Shown: positions 1-9,423, counted from the stretch's first letter. The stretch: 64,000 bases of DNA from Acidimicrobiia bacterium (GCA_041751055.1 JBGSYD010000011.1:2506-66505); one strand, 5' to 3'. Notes: a model not told the origin generated them from the sequence alone. Translations and numbers: made by a program.

Positions 1-364
1 TCTCTCGAAAATCCAGTCAGGAACCAAGAACCCAGGGTCGGAGGCGCTTTCGGCCTTCATGTTCAATCAGGCGAATCAGGAGAATCCGTTCGACCTCCTT
101 GGTGCCATGTACATCATCGAGGGACTTGGAGCCAACAAAGCGACTCGGTGGGTGGAACTGATCAAGGAGCAACTCGACCTCAGCTCAGAGCAGGTCTCGT
201 TTATCGAGTATCACGGCGGCGCCGATGAGGAGCACACGGCGAAGATGTTCGAGATCCTCCGGTCTGATCTGATCACCCCGGACATTGCCCGCTCGATCAT
301 CCATACCGCACGTGTCGTCGGCCGGCTGTACGCCCTCCAACTCGAGGAGATCGAGAATGTTTGA
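1..364 (+). CDS. Iron-containing redox enzyme / heme-oxygenase-like diiron oxidase domain (5'-partial)
   Basis: Frame is open from base 2 (LSKIQSGTKNPGSEALSAFMFNQANQENPFDLLGAMYIIEGLG...YHGGADEEH); the E...HxxxDxxH ligand pattern fits the heme-oxygenase-like diiron family. Confidence 0.7.
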   Translation, partial: LSKIQSGTKNPGSEALSAFMFNQANQENPFDLLGAMYIIEGLGANKATRWVELIKEQLDLSSEQVSFIEYHGGADEEHTAKMFEILRSDLITPDIARSIIHTARVVGRLYALQLEEIENV

Positions 365-1250
365 CGCGAGGCCCAGCCTGATGATCGATGGCCCCGGGCC
401 GGGAATCTGGGATGCGCTCCAGGGTGATCCGACTCTCAGCTTCGATCGTCGGGCGCTACGGCTGTTGGAGGTTGACCAGAGCCGGTGGTCCAACAGGTTT
501 GTGAGGCCGCCGGCCAGGGTCCTGAGCAGGGTTGTCGTCTCATTCATCGTCCTGGCGAAACGAGTCCTCCCGTTCGAGTTCTCCTCTCACGACCTCCTCG
601 ATCGTCTTGGGATCTTCTTCCTATCTCGATTCGTCTCGAAAGAGGGGGGCGAGCTGCTCCTCCGGCACTTCGTGCTCGAAACAAATGTTCTGGCCTTCAT
701 CGCCAGGAACAGCGGGATGGACGAGCCGGTCTTACGACCGGCCCGATTAGACCAGCTCGATGAAAACGCCGTCATCGTCCACGACATCAACCTGTACGAA
801 GTACTCGCCGGACTGGACGGCCGATCACTCCCCCGTCCTCATACCCGGACAAGACCACTTGACTTCTCGATGTTGGAGGTTGGTGAGATCAACGTCAGCA
901 CCAGGCGCCGATGGCTCCACCTCGATCTCGAGACCGGCATGTCGTTGATGAACATGGCCTTCGCTCTATTGACGACATCGTATGAATACCGTAGGGCCGT
1001 CCACTCACTCCAGTTCGACGAGTCGATTGTCGCCTGTCTTGCCGAGCTAACCGGCGACGAGGTGTTCCGCAGCTGGAAGCCGTCTGGATTCGTCCCGATA
1101 GTTCGAACCAATCGCGACGTCCCTCGCGACCTCTTCGCCCATGCTGTGATCCACGAATACGCCCATGCCAGGTTGCTTCATCACGCGGCAGCGGCCAAGC
1201 CGTGTCGCCAGACCTGCACGCCACTTGCACAGGAGTTGACGAGGATCTGA
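357..1250 (+). CDS. DUF6999-like protein
   Basis: ATG at 357 overlaps the upstream stop, with GAGGAG RBS; motifs LLLRHFxxETNxLAFI, LRP..L, HDINLY, SLQFDE recalled from DUF6999 proteins. Confidence 0.55.
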   Translation: MFDARPSLMIDGPGPGIWDALQGDPTLSFDRRALRLLEVDQSRWSNRFVRPPARVLSRVVVSFIVLAKRVLPFEFSSHDLLDRLGIFFLSRFVSKEGGELLLRHFVLETNVLAFIARNSGMDEPVLRPARLDQLDENAVIVHDINLYEVLAGLDGRSLPRPHTRTRPLDFSMLEVGEINVSTRRRWLHLDLETGMSLMNMAFALLTTSYEYRRAVHSLQFDESIVACLAELTGDEVFRSWKPSGFVPIVRTNRDVPRDLFAHAVIHEYAHARLLHHAAAAKPCRQTCTPLAQELTRI

Positions 1251-1257
1251 ATCGGTC

Positions 1258-1899
1258 CTATATCAGCTCCCGTTTCGCCGCCCATCGGGTCAGCTCATTG
1301 CGGTTGGTCAACTGCAACTTGCGGAGAACCGATCCTACATGAGACTCCACGGTCTTTACGGATATGAACAATGCCTCCCCTGTCTCACGGTAGGTATAGC
1401 CCCGAGCGATGTACTGGAGGACTTCCTTCTCCCTCGCCGTCAGGGAGGCAAGCTCATCGTCAACATCGCTTGGCATGAGTGCCGTAAAGGCATCGAGGAC
1501 GAAGCCGGCAAGTTTGGGAGAGAACACGACATCGTCATTCGCCACCTTCTCGATTGCTGCAATCAGTTCATCGGAGGTGATGGACTTGGTCACGTATCCC
1601 CTGGCACCGGCATGAACGACATCAACCACGTCTTGAGGGGCGTCGGAAACGGAGAGGGCGAGGAACCTCACATCGGGATGTGTCTCTTTCACCGCCGTGA
1701 TCACAGCCCGGCCCCCACCCGCCGGCATGTGAACGTCGATCAACACAATGTCGGGACTTCGCTCACGGATGAGCTCGATGGCCGCAGAAACCTCATCGGC
1801 TTCGCCGACCAAATCGAACCGTCCACCAAGCGCGGCCTGCACTCCGGCGCGAAAGAGGTCGTGATCGTCAACGAGAAAAACTGTGGTCTTCCCACTCAT
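1258..1899 (-). CDS. NarL/LuxR-family response regulator
   Basis: REC domain (LVDDH, DVHMP, KS) plus LuxR HTH (LTAREKEVLQYIARGYTYRE...KTVESHV). Confidence 0.93.
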   Translation of the reverse strand: MSGKTTVFLVDDHDLFRAGVQAALGGRFDLVGEADEVSAAIELIRERSPDIVLIDVHMPAGGGRAVITAVKETHPDVRFLALSVSDAPQDVVDVVHAGARGYVTKSITSDELIAAIEKVANDDVVFSPKLAGFVLDAFTALMPSDVDDELASLTAREKEVLQYIARGYTYRETGEALFISVKTVESHVGSVLRKLQLTNRNELTRWAAKRELI

Positions 1900-3020
1900 G
1901 CCTTGACTCCGCGCTCCACCGGGACCGGCATTGCCAATCGAACCTCGGTTCCAGAGCCGATGCTGCTGTTGATCTCGGCTGAACCGCTGTGGCGATCCAT
2001 TCGACCCCGGATCGATTCCGAAAGGCCCCTCCGGTCCGACTCCACTGCGTCCGGGTCGAAGCCGATTCCTCGATCCCTCACGAAGACCTCGACCATCGAT
2101 TCGGATGCCTCCGCAAACACTGATATTTTCTCAACGCCGGCATGTTTGGCTGCATTGATCACCGATTCGCGTGTTGCGCCGACAAGAGCGGCGAGGGCAT
2201 CGTCCATGTTTCGATCGCCAACTGATACCAATTCCACGGCCACTCCGTGGCGTTTCTCGATCTCTGAACACACCGATTCGAGAGCCCTCACCAGAGTTCC
2301 CACCCCGTCTGGGGCGCCGAGCAGCCAGTTGCGAAGCTCACGCTCCTGAACCCTGGCGAGACTTCGCACCTCGGCCTCGTCTGAGGCACCGGTCTGTATC
2401 AATGCCAACGTTTGGAGAACCGAATCGTGGAGGTGCGCAGCCACCCCAGCACGCTCCTCGCTCCTGATCCGCGCCGCCCGTTCTGCTTCGAGTTCGGCTT
2501 CGGCACGCACCCGGCGCCGCTCGCTGCTCCGGAGCACGTCGAAGGCCCAAGCTGCGACTCCGCCAACTGCGAGGTAGAGAATTGCCGTAGCAATGTTTCC
2601 AGCAAGATTGAAAACTCCGGCAGAGACCAAGCCGGCCGAGACGACCGCCGCAGAACTTAGTCCACCGGGCATTCGATAGGCGTAACCCCACAGCAAAACC
2701 GACGACATCGGATAGCCACCGACAAACCCACCTTGGGTTGCCCCGTCTGCGGCGTCGGATGCGACGATGGCCACCGCCACGACCAGGTCGATGACAAGCC
2801 ATACCGGGTTTTCGAAACGGTCCGATGCGGCGAGCCAGAAGGTGACCGCGGTCCATATCCATACAGCAGCTACCGATCCGACGACAACACCCGGGCGGGC
2901 ATCCCATGCGACGATCGCGATGATCCCGAGCACCGTGATCCACACAGCCGAGACCAGGCGAAATCCGACAATAATCCTTCGGAGGGTCGCATCGACGCGC
3001 AGTTCGGTGTTTGACGCCAT
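1896..3020 (-). CDS. Membrane sensor histidine kinase
   Basis: N-terminal TM helices, AHLHDSVLQTL H-box, VINAAKHA N-box, DRGIGF; 4-bp overlap with the response regulator. Confidence 0.9.
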   Translation of the reverse strand: MASNTELRVDATLRRIIVGFRLVSAVWITVLGIIAIVAWDARPGVVVGSVAAVWIWTAVTFWLAASDRFENPVWLVIDLVVAVAIVASDAADGATQGGFVGGYPMSSVLLWGYAYRMPGGLSSAAVVSAGLVSAGVFNLAGNIATAILYLAVGGVAAWAFDVLRSSERRRVRAEAELEAERAARIRSEERAGVAAHLHDSVLQTLALIQTGASDEAEVRSLARVQERELRNWLLGAPDGVGTLVRALESVCSEIEKRHGVAVELVSVGDRNMDDALAALVGATRESVINAAKHAGVEKISVFAEASESMVEVFVRDRGIGFDPDAVESDRRGLSESIRGRMDRHSGSAEINSSIGSGTEVRLAMPVPVERGVKA

Positions 3021-3107
3021 TCCAACAAGTCTACGGGTCCAGGGTTCGGTCGCCGTTTACAAACCGCTACCACTGAACGGGAAGAGTCGACCAGTAGCAT
3101 CCGCGGC

Positions 3108-3518
3108 ATGAGAGTTGTCTCGATGGCTGTGGCTGCCTTGGTGGTTGGCAGTTGCACACCCGTACCAGACACCGTCTCCGAGCGGCCAGACCTCCCATCC
3201 TGTTCACCGAACGAGAAAATCTTCTTGCCACCCGGGCAAGGACCGGGTCCGGACGACGACGCCGGAGCAGCATCGCTGGCAATCGAATGTCTGACGTCGG
3301 CCTGGAAGTCGGGGGATGCTGCTGAGCTCAACTTCACGCTGATGGGTGCGGAAGGGCAGCAGTATCGAGCAATCATCCAGGTTCTGGACGACTCGACGGT
3401 GAACTATTTCCATGAGCTGGACCGGGGATGGGCAACGTACGAAGGATGTTGGAATATCTCTTTTCCAGAACCCGGGATTCCTGATCCGATCAAGTGCGCA
3501 GCAATAACACCGCCCTAG
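3108..3518 (+). CDS. Putative lipoprotein, unknown function
   Basis: Signal peptide with lipobox VVGSC; TAGCAT hexamer 7 nt upstream of ATG. Confidence 0.65.
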   Translation: MRVVSMAVAALVVGSCTPVPDTVSERPDLPSCSPNEKIFLPPGQGPGPDDDAGAASLAIECLTSAWKSGDAAELNFTLMGAEGQQYRAIIQVLDDSTVNYFHELDRGWATYEGCWNISFPEPGIPDPIKCAAITPP

Positions 3519-3559
3519 CCAGATTCCGCCTGGTCCGCCCGGTCACTCTTCGCTGCTAC

Positions 3560-4015
3560 TCATGATGGCTCCTCTTCCAGCTTCGAGAGGAAGTGACGGA
3601 GATGCTGGGCGACGTTTGCCCTGGCGAGTCCAAGTGGGAAAAACGGGTAGAGGATTCGACCTTTGAACCCTTTGAGAATACGGACGGCGATCACCTCGAC
3701 ACGACTCCCGTGCTCTATCGGAGTGACCCGTATCTCCCACGAACTTCCCGGTTTGAAGATGTTGGAGTCGATGACAACTCCGACCACCGCTCCCGGTTGG
3801 GACCAGTCGTATCGAAGCCTCTCCCATACGTAACCGATCGGCCAAGGATTCCCCTCGGTTACTTCGGCGAAATGCTCGCCCTTTTCGTGAACCTCGAGGA
3901 ATTCGGCATGGACGTCGGGCCACATGTCTGCCCTGCGGTCAGTGAAGTCACGGGCCGCCTCCATCACCCGTTCCGGCTCCACGGGAGTCACGTCGACGAC
4001 ATGCACTCGTGGCAT
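3560..4015 (-). CDS. SRPBCC (polyketide cyclase/dehydrase-like) protein
   Basis: 151 aa with SRPBCC-like pattern (WERLRYDWS...DSNIF..GSSWE). Confidence 0.65.
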   Translation of the reverse strand: MPRVHVVDVTPVEPERVMEAARDFTDRRADMWPDVHAEFLEVHEKGEHFAEVTEGNPWPIGYVWERLRYDWSQPGAVVGVVIDSNIFKPGSSWEIRVTPIEHGSRVEVIAVRILKGFKGRILYPFFPLGLARANVAQHLRHFLSKLEEEPS

Positions 4016-4089
4016 CGATCAAAACCTACCCCGTGATGCACGCAGGAAGTCGTCAACTTTCTGTCTCGGGACTCATTTAGAATCAACCC

Positions 4090-4872
4090 ATGGCACGAGC
4101 TATCTGGAAAGGCGCAATCAATTTTGGCTTGGTGACGATCCCGGTGGGGCTTTACAGCGCTACCGACGAGAAATCTCCCAAGTTCAAGCAGTTGCGCAAA
4201 GACGACCATTCAGCGATCAAATACAAGCGTGTCGCCGAAGCCGACGGCAAAGAAGTGGGCTGGGACGACATCGTCAGGGGCTATGAGTTCGAAAAGGGCC
4301 GGTATGTCGTCTTCACCGACGACGAGTTGGAATCAGCGAGCACCCAGGGAAACAAGCTGGTAGACGTGGTCCAGTTCGTCGAAGAGGACGAGATCGACCC
4401 AATCCTTTTCAAGAAGACCTATTACCTCGCTCCGGAGAAGACCGGAATCAAGGCCTATCAGATCCTCGAGCAGGCTCTGGAGTCCAAGGGCCGGGTTGGG
4501 ATCGCCAAAGTCTCCATCAGAGAGAAGCAACAACTGGCAACGATCCGGGCCAAAGATGGGGTCATCGTGATGGAGACCATGTATTGGCCCGATGAGATCC
4601 GCGCCGCCGAATTCGAGGAGCTGGACAGCGAATTCGAGATCAGAAAGGAAGAGGTCGAAATGGCTGCTTCTCTGATCGACAACCTCACTCGACCGTTTGC
4701 CGAGGACGACTACGTCGACCGAACCCGGGAACAAATCGAGGAGCTGGCTGCGAAGAAGGTCGCCGGCGAGGAGATCGTTGCAGTCGACAGCTCACCCGAG
4801 CCCACCAAAGTCATCGACCTGCTCGACGCTCTCAAAGCGTCGGTCGAAGCAACCAAAAAGGCCGCCAGCTAG
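4090..4872 (+). CDS. ku: Non-homologous end-joining protein Ku
   Basis: MARAIWKGAINFGLVTIPVGLYSA...KVIDLLDALKASV, classic prokaryotic Ku. Confidence 0.96.
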   Translation: MARAIWKGAINFGLVTIPVGLYSATDEKSPKFKQLRKDDHSAIKYKRVAEADGKEVGWDDIVRGYEFEKGRYVVFTDDELESASTQGNKLVDVVQFVEEDEIDPILFKKTYYLAPEKTGIKAYQILEQALESKGRVGIAKVSIREKQQLATIRAKDGVIVMETMYWPDEIRAAEFEELDSEFEIRKEEVEMAASLIDNLTRPFAEDDYVDRTREQIEELAAKKVAGEEIVAVDSSPEPTKVIDLLDALKASVEATKKAAS

Positions 4873-5807
4873 CTGTCGGGACCTTCGGTTATCCAATCGA
4901 TAGAACCCGGCTCAGCTACCTCGATGCCTTTGTAGACCGGCGCCCGGAGGTGCCCTTCGTGAGTCCACTCCTTGAATTCGACGTTCACGACGACGCCAGG
5001 CTCGACCCAATGAAGACGACCCGGATACCTGACGGGCGGGTCGAACGGCGTCGAGTCACGACCGATTTCTGAAAGGGCCGGGGTTATGGCGCTGAGGGTC
5101 TGTTCATCGAACCCCGAACCGACGGCGCCCACGAACCTGAGACTACCGCTATCCCACAGTCCGAGAAGGAGAGAGCCAAAGGTCGTCGATCTGCTGCCCT
5201 CGCCCTCGACCCAACCCCCAACAACGGCCCGCATTTGTCGACGAACCGACACCTTGCGCCAATCAGGCGACCGCTTCCCGGAGAGGTAGCGCGAACCCGA
5301 CCTCTTGCCAACGATCCCCTCGACCCCCCGTTCCTTAACCGCATCGAACAGCGCTTTCCCCGAACCACGGGTCGGCGAGGCGCTTACCACCGGTGACGGG
5401 ATCTCCATGTCATCCAGAGCAGCTCGCCGATCCTCATAGGGACGATCGACCAAGCTCTCGCCATTGCGATAGAGGAGGTCGAAGACTACGAAGTTGACCG
5501 AGACCCGTGCGTCGGTGCCCGCTCCTCCAAACCCCGTGCGACGCTGAATCAGAGAGAAACTAGGTCGTCCTTCGCTGTCAAAGGCCACGATCTCGCCATC
5601 CACAACGACGCCTCCGGGGATGGGCAGATCGGCCAGTTCGGGAAATCCGCTCAGAAGGTCGATGCCGCGACGAGAACGGACTCGAATCCCGTCGTCGTTC
5701 GAAACGATGGCGCGGTAGCCATCCCATTTGACCTCGAACCACCAATCATCGCTGTCAAATGGATGGGCCCATTTGGTGGCAAGCATCGGCTCGAATGAGG
5801 GCAGCAT
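4869..5807 (-). CDS. ligD: ATP-dependent DNA ligase, stand-alone LigD/LigC-type ligase domain
   Basis: EPMLA, EVKWDGYR adenylation motif, DGEIV, FDLLY, EGIVGK, VGSGF, HLRAPVYKG; no polymerase or phosphoesterase domain. Confidence 0.85.
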   Translation of the reverse strand: MLPSFEPMLATKWAHPFDSDDWWFEVKWDGYRAIVSNDDGIRVRSRRGIDLLSGFPELADLPIPGGVVVDGEIVAFDSEGRPSFSLIQRRTGFGGAGTDARVSVNFVVFDLLYRNGESLVDRPYEDRRAALDDMEIPSPVVSASPTRGSGKALFDAVKERGVEGIVGKRSGSRYLSGKRSPDWRKVSVRRQMRAVVGGWVEGEGSRSTTFGSLLLGLWDSGSLRFVGAVGSGFDEQTLSAITPALSEIGRDSTPFDPPVRYPGRLHWVEPGVVVNVEFKEWTHEGHLRAPVYKGIEVAEPGSIDWITEGPDS

Positions 5808-6271
5808 CAGCCGCCGACCAACTCCTCACGCACGACTCTGTTGACAAGTCCGCCATCGAGATCGCCGCCTCGAGTCTTCATGAGTTGGCCGGTCACCCGG
5901 CCCGCCGCTTTCTCGTCACCCGCTACTCCCAACTCCAAGATTGCCTCACGCACCAATTCCCGCGTCGTCGCCTCGTCCAACTTCGTCGGAAGCCATCGGC
6001 CGAGATAATCGACCTCGAACGCCAGCTTTTCCGCCATGGCGGCCCCGCGGTCGCCCAATTCGAGGTACTCCGAGCGAGATTTGTCCATCTTCTTGACATA
6101 CGACGCAATCACCTTCTCGTATAGAGAGTCGTCCACTTCGCCAGTGAAGTCAGGGTGACTGCGTGCCATTGACACCTCGGTTTCAATCTGGCGGATCACA
6201 TCACGTCGCGGGGCGTCCCTGGAAAGCATTGCGTCTTTGAGCTCTGCGGCGAGCTCCTCTTTTATCGTCAT
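5807..6271 (-). CDS. GatB/YqeY domain protein
   Basis: Likely start MTIKEELAAELKDAMLSRD at 6271 (4-bp overlap with upstream gene); YqeY-like helical pattern ending GGDLDGGLVNRVVREEL. Confidence 0.8.
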   Translation of the reverse strand: MTIKEELAAELKDAMLSRDAPRRDVIRQIETEVSMARSHPDFTGEVDDSLYEKVIASYVKKMDKSRSEYLELGDRGAAMAEKLAFEVDYLGRWLPTKLDEATTRELVREAILELGVAGDEKAAGRVTGQLMKTRGGDLDGGLVNRVVREELVGG

Positions 6272-6981
6272 GAAGGGTTCTCCAACCGGTGGCGTGTGGC
6301 TACTGGATCGTCGGTAATGATGCCGGACACACCCATAGATACCAACTCGTCCAGCTCGATAGCGATCAGGTCCATTTCGTCCGACGCCCACACAAAAACC
6401 TTGGGTCCGCCACCTACTGACTCAACAGCCGCCCCGGGGGATTCCAATATTCTGATATTGGGTATTACCAGGTCATGACCTTCTCGCACGGCGTGTTCGC
6501 GCGCTTCAGCAAGGTTGCCGAGCACCCCGACGATCAGCCCCGTCCTGACATTGTCGAACGTCTTTCTTACCCGGTCGGCCGTGGCCCAATTGAAAGACGT
6601 GACCACGTCGCCCTCCCGCGCCCGAGAGGCTGCCTCGAGAGCCAATCGATGATCGGGCTCGAAACCGGCGCCCCACGGATTGTTCTTGATCTCGATCATG
6701 AGGGCACGGTCGGGCACCGCGGCAAGGGCCTCATCGAGCAGGCAGGGCCGGTACCCTCCCCCCAGATCGACCTCACCAAGCATCGGCCAGGATGTTTCAG
6801 CCACCTGGTGCTCTCCGAGATGTTCGTCATGGGCAAGTACGAGCTTTCCGTCGAGGGATCTGCGAACATCGACCTCGATACCTTCGCAGAAAGGGGCTAC
6901 CGCGAGGAAACCCGACAACGTATTATCGGGATACCGCGCGGGCCAACCACGGTGTCCCACGACCTCGATGGCGACCGTCAT
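6268..6981 (-). CDS. Glycerophosphodiester phosphodiesterase
   Basis: VVGHRG...PDNTL, EVDVRRSLDG.LVLAHD, IEIK, GIITDDP. Confidence 0.9.
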   Translation of the reverse strand: MTVAIEVVGHRGWPARYPDNTLSGFLAVAPFCEGIEVDVRRSLDGKLVLAHDEHLGEHQVAETSWPMLGEVDLGGGYRPCLLDEALAAVPDRALMIEIKNNPWGAGFEPDHRLALEAASRAREGDVVTSFNWATADRVRKTFDNVRTGLIVGVLGNLAEAREHAVREGHDLVIPNIRILESPGAAVESVGGGPKVFVWASDEMDLIAIELDELVSMGVSGIITDDPVATRHRLENPS

Positions 6982-7077
6982 GGCGAAGAATTCCGAGAAA
7001 CTCGTTTACAAGACGGGTCTGATTTGTTAAATTCGATATGGAATCCCTCCGCGCACAGCGGATAATCATGCCGACCC

Positions 7078-7095
7078 TTGTGAAAAAGATCACAA
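7078..7095. promoter_or_regulatory. CRP/GlxR-type palindromic operator upstream of whiB
   Basis: TTGTGA-AAAAGA-TCACAA, a perfect TGTGA-N6-TCACA about 15 nt before the whiB start. Confidence 0.7.
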
Positions 7096-7110
7096 ACCCA
7101 AGGAAATTTT

Positions 7111-7383
7111 GTGCTTACAACTGTTACGACCGACTGGCGAGACCTTGCTTCATGTAAGGACTCAGAGCCAAATCTATTCTTCCCGGTAGGGACTACCGGG
7201 CCGGCCATCGACCAGATCGAGGCCGCCATCGAGATATGTTCGACCTGCATGGTCCAAGAGGACTGCCTGCAATACGCTCTGGAGACCAACCAGGAATCCG
7301 GCGTATGGGGTGGATATGCAGAGGACGACCGCCGCCGCCTTCGCAAGAGGTGGCTTGCCGACCGACGTCGCCGCTCGGTCTGA
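7111..7383 (+). CDS. whiB: WhiB-family Fe-S transcription factor (WhiB1-like)
   Basis: DWRDLASC...FFPVGTTGPA...CSTC.VQEDCLQYAL...GVWGG, basic C-terminus. Confidence 0.93.
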   Translation: MLTTVTTDWRDLASCKDSEPNLFFPVGTTGPAIDQIEAAIEICSTCMVQEDCLQYALETNQESGVWGGYAEDDRRRLRKRWLADRRRRSV

Positions 7384-7413
7384 ATCACACCGGGCCCCCG
7401 CGCCCTTCGATCC

Positions 7414-7440
7414 AAGAGCCCTCCAGATGGAGGGCTTTTG
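7414..7440. terminator. Intrinsic (probably bidirectional) terminator
   Basis: AGCCCTCCA-GA-TGGAGGGCT hairpin followed by TTT, between convergent whiB and DUF3107 genes. Confidence 0.75.
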
Positions 7441-7451
7441 CGCGCCCCGCC

Positions 7452-7679
7452 CTAAACAGCAGGTCCGAAACCTACGGCATGGCCGCCATCGGGTGAGTCC
7501 ACCTCGACGTAGGCGATACGCGCTGCCGGGATTCCGATCTCCCGGCCCTTGGTGTCGGTGAACCAGGCAATTCCCCCGGCCTTGACTGCGTCTTCCACCG
7601 ATTGACGGAACTTCTTGTGGTCATCGACCTCGAGTTCGATCAGCTTGCTGGAGTCGGCAACCCCGATTTTGACATTCAT
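7452..7679 (-). CDS. DUF3107 domain protein
   Basis: MNVKIGVADSSKLIELEV...FTDTKGREIGIPAARIAYVEV, matching the actinobacterial DUF3107 pattern. Confidence 0.8.
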   Translation of the reverse strand: MNVKIGVADSSKLIELEVDDHKKFRQSVEDAVKAGGIAWFTDTKGREIGIPAARIAYVEVDSPDGGHAVGFGPAV

Positions 7680-7727
7680 ATGACTTTCCACGATTTTGGT
7701 TGATGTGATCGTAACCCTCTTTCACCG

Positions 7728-8090
7728 GTGCGTACGGTGTCGTACTTTGGGGATATGTCTCGACCGATCACCCTGGTCATGTTGGCCGCACTCGCTTTCA
7801 TCTTCATGGGCAACGCCAACGCCGGAAGTCGGAGCGACGACTCATACCTCCCTGTAGACCTGGCCGCCAGGACGGCCGATCACGTGATCGTCGAGACTGG
7901 AGACAGTCTGTGGAGCATCGCTGCGACCCATCTCGATTCCCAGCTGGAACGCATGACCACGCCATCAGAGATCGCCCCTTACTGGCTACTGGTCATCGAC
8001 GAGAACGCAGAGAGCTTGACATCACGCGACCCCGACCTCATCTATCCCGGTGAGAAGGTGATCGTTCCCGCAATCAGCGATTGGCCGTGA
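7728..8090 (+). CDS. LysM peptidoglycan-binding protein
   Basis: Signal/TM segment, then HVIVETGDSLWSIA...DPDLIYPGEKVIVP. Confidence 0.85.
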   Translation: MRTVSYFGDMSRPITLVMLAALAFIFMGNANAGSRSDDSYLPVDLAARTADHVIVETGDSLWSIAATHLDSQLERMTTPSEIAPYWLLVIDENAESLTSRDPDLIYPGEKVIVPAISDWP

Positions 8091-9423
8091 ACTTGGCGAC
8101 TTTTCCGTCGTAGGTCACAGCAAACAGCTCGCCAGTGCCACCTAACCCAAAGGAATTAATCTGGCCGATGGTCCCCAGGTCAGGAGTCCAATCCTTTTCT
8201 TCGGTGACCTCGCCGTTCACGTATTTGAAAGACCTGATCCACTGGTTGCACCAATCGCTGTAGAAGTAGGTTCCATCCAGTTCGGGAATCTCACTGCCGC
8301 GATACACATAACCACCGGTGACCGAACATCCCTGGTCGCTCTCGGACCCATGCAGGTACGTCAGCACAGGGGCTGTGTATTTGGACAGATCACAGTCCTG
8401 GACGTGAAAGCACCGGGTCCCTTCTACGTCGGACCAACCCAGGTTGAACCCGCCTTTTGAGATCGGAAGGATGTCTATCTCCTCTTGATCGGCGTGTCCG
8501 ACGTCGGCGATGTATATGAGGCCGTCGACGGGATCGATGCTGAATCGCCACGGATTGCGCAGCCCGTAGGCCCAGACCTCTCCGGCCCCACCACCGTCGA
8601 CGAATGGGTTTTCCGGTGGTATGCCGTACGGGTCACCACTGTCGACATCGAGCCGCGACACTGCTGCAAACATAGTGTCGGGGTTCTGGCCCTGGTCACG
8701 GGAGTCGGCACCGTCGCCTTGCGATGTGTATAGGTAGCCGTCGGGGCCAAATGCCAGCTGTCCCGCATAGTGCCTGATGTCGGTGGATCCCTCGGGCTGG
8801 TCGAACTCGAAGAGAACCCGCTCAGAATCGGGGTCAGCCCGGTTCGGATTGGTCGCCGAAACGGTGAACTCGGAGAGTTGGCGGCGACCGCCTTTATCGG
8901 TGTAGTAGACGTAGAACTTCCCGTTGTTGGCGTAATCAGGATGAAACGCCAGTCCCAGGAGCCCTTGCTCGATTCCGCCGGCCAACACCCGGTCGTCGAT
9001 GGCGAGGAACGCCGGATCAACTACTTCGTAATCCTCGTCGAGAATGCGGATCACGCCGACACGCTGGGCAACGAACAGTCGAGTGTCGCCGGGTGGGGCC
9101 GTCAGGACAGTCGGCTGCTGAAAGCCTTCGTACACGACATCCAGGCTCACGCTCTGCAGCTCAGGCAAGGACGGACCCGTAGGCGTTGATGTTCCCGACG
9201 GATCTGTTCCGGGGTTGGTCCCATCGGTACCGGGGGTTGTCCCACCATCGGGTCCGGTGGTCGTGGTTTCCCCTGCAATGGGATTAGTGGAGCCGGGAGA
9301 GTCCTCACTGCCATCTCCGCGCAAGAACACGAATGCAACAAGGAATATTGCGATGAGACCGAGAACCAATGCCCTGACTCTGGCCTGTGCCGGCGAAACC
9401 GGCTGTCGATGACGAGCACTCAC
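8074..9423 (-). CDS. PQQ-dependent sugar dehydrogenase (GSDH family), membrane anchored
   Basis: TM anchor, T/P/G-rich linker, GLLGLAFHPDY, AFGPDGYLY..GDG, YGLRNPWRFS.D, SVTGGYVYRG. Confidence 0.88.
   Translation of the reverse strand: MSARHRQPVSPAQARVRALVLGLIAIFLVAFVFLRGDGSEDSPGSTNPIAGETTTTGPDGGTTPGTDGTNPGTDPSGTSTPTGPSLPELQSVSLDVVYEGFQQPTVLTAPPGDTRLFVAQRVGVIRILDEDYEVVDPAFLAIDDRVLAGGIEQGLLGLAFHPDYANNGKFYVYYTDKGGRRQLSEFTVSATNPNRADPDSERVLFEFDQPEGSTDIRHYAGQLAFGPDGYLYTSQGDGADSRDQGQNPDTMFAAVSRLDVDSGDPYGIPPENPFVDGGGAGEVWAYGLRNPWRFSIDPVDGLIYIADVGHADQEEIDILPISKGGFNLGWSDVEGTRCFHVQDCDLSKYTAPVLTYLHGSESDQGCSVTGGYVYRGSEIPELDGTYFYSDWCNQWIRSFKYVNGEVTEEKDWTPDLGTIGQINSFGLGGTGELFAVTYDGKVAKFTANR

Noticed and set aside
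1339-2349. Long antisense/shadow ORFs (e.g. 1339-2349, 6475-7065, 34336-35259, 36557-37210, 40427-41296, 53038-53898, 60576-61361, 62290-63333)
   Set aside because: They lie opposite clearly recognisable genes, show no family motifs, and are expected in high-GC DNA
9170-9310. Repeat-like GC/T-rich stretch in the PQQ dehydrogenase gene
   Set aside because: Explained by a low-complexity Thr/Pro/Gly protein linker
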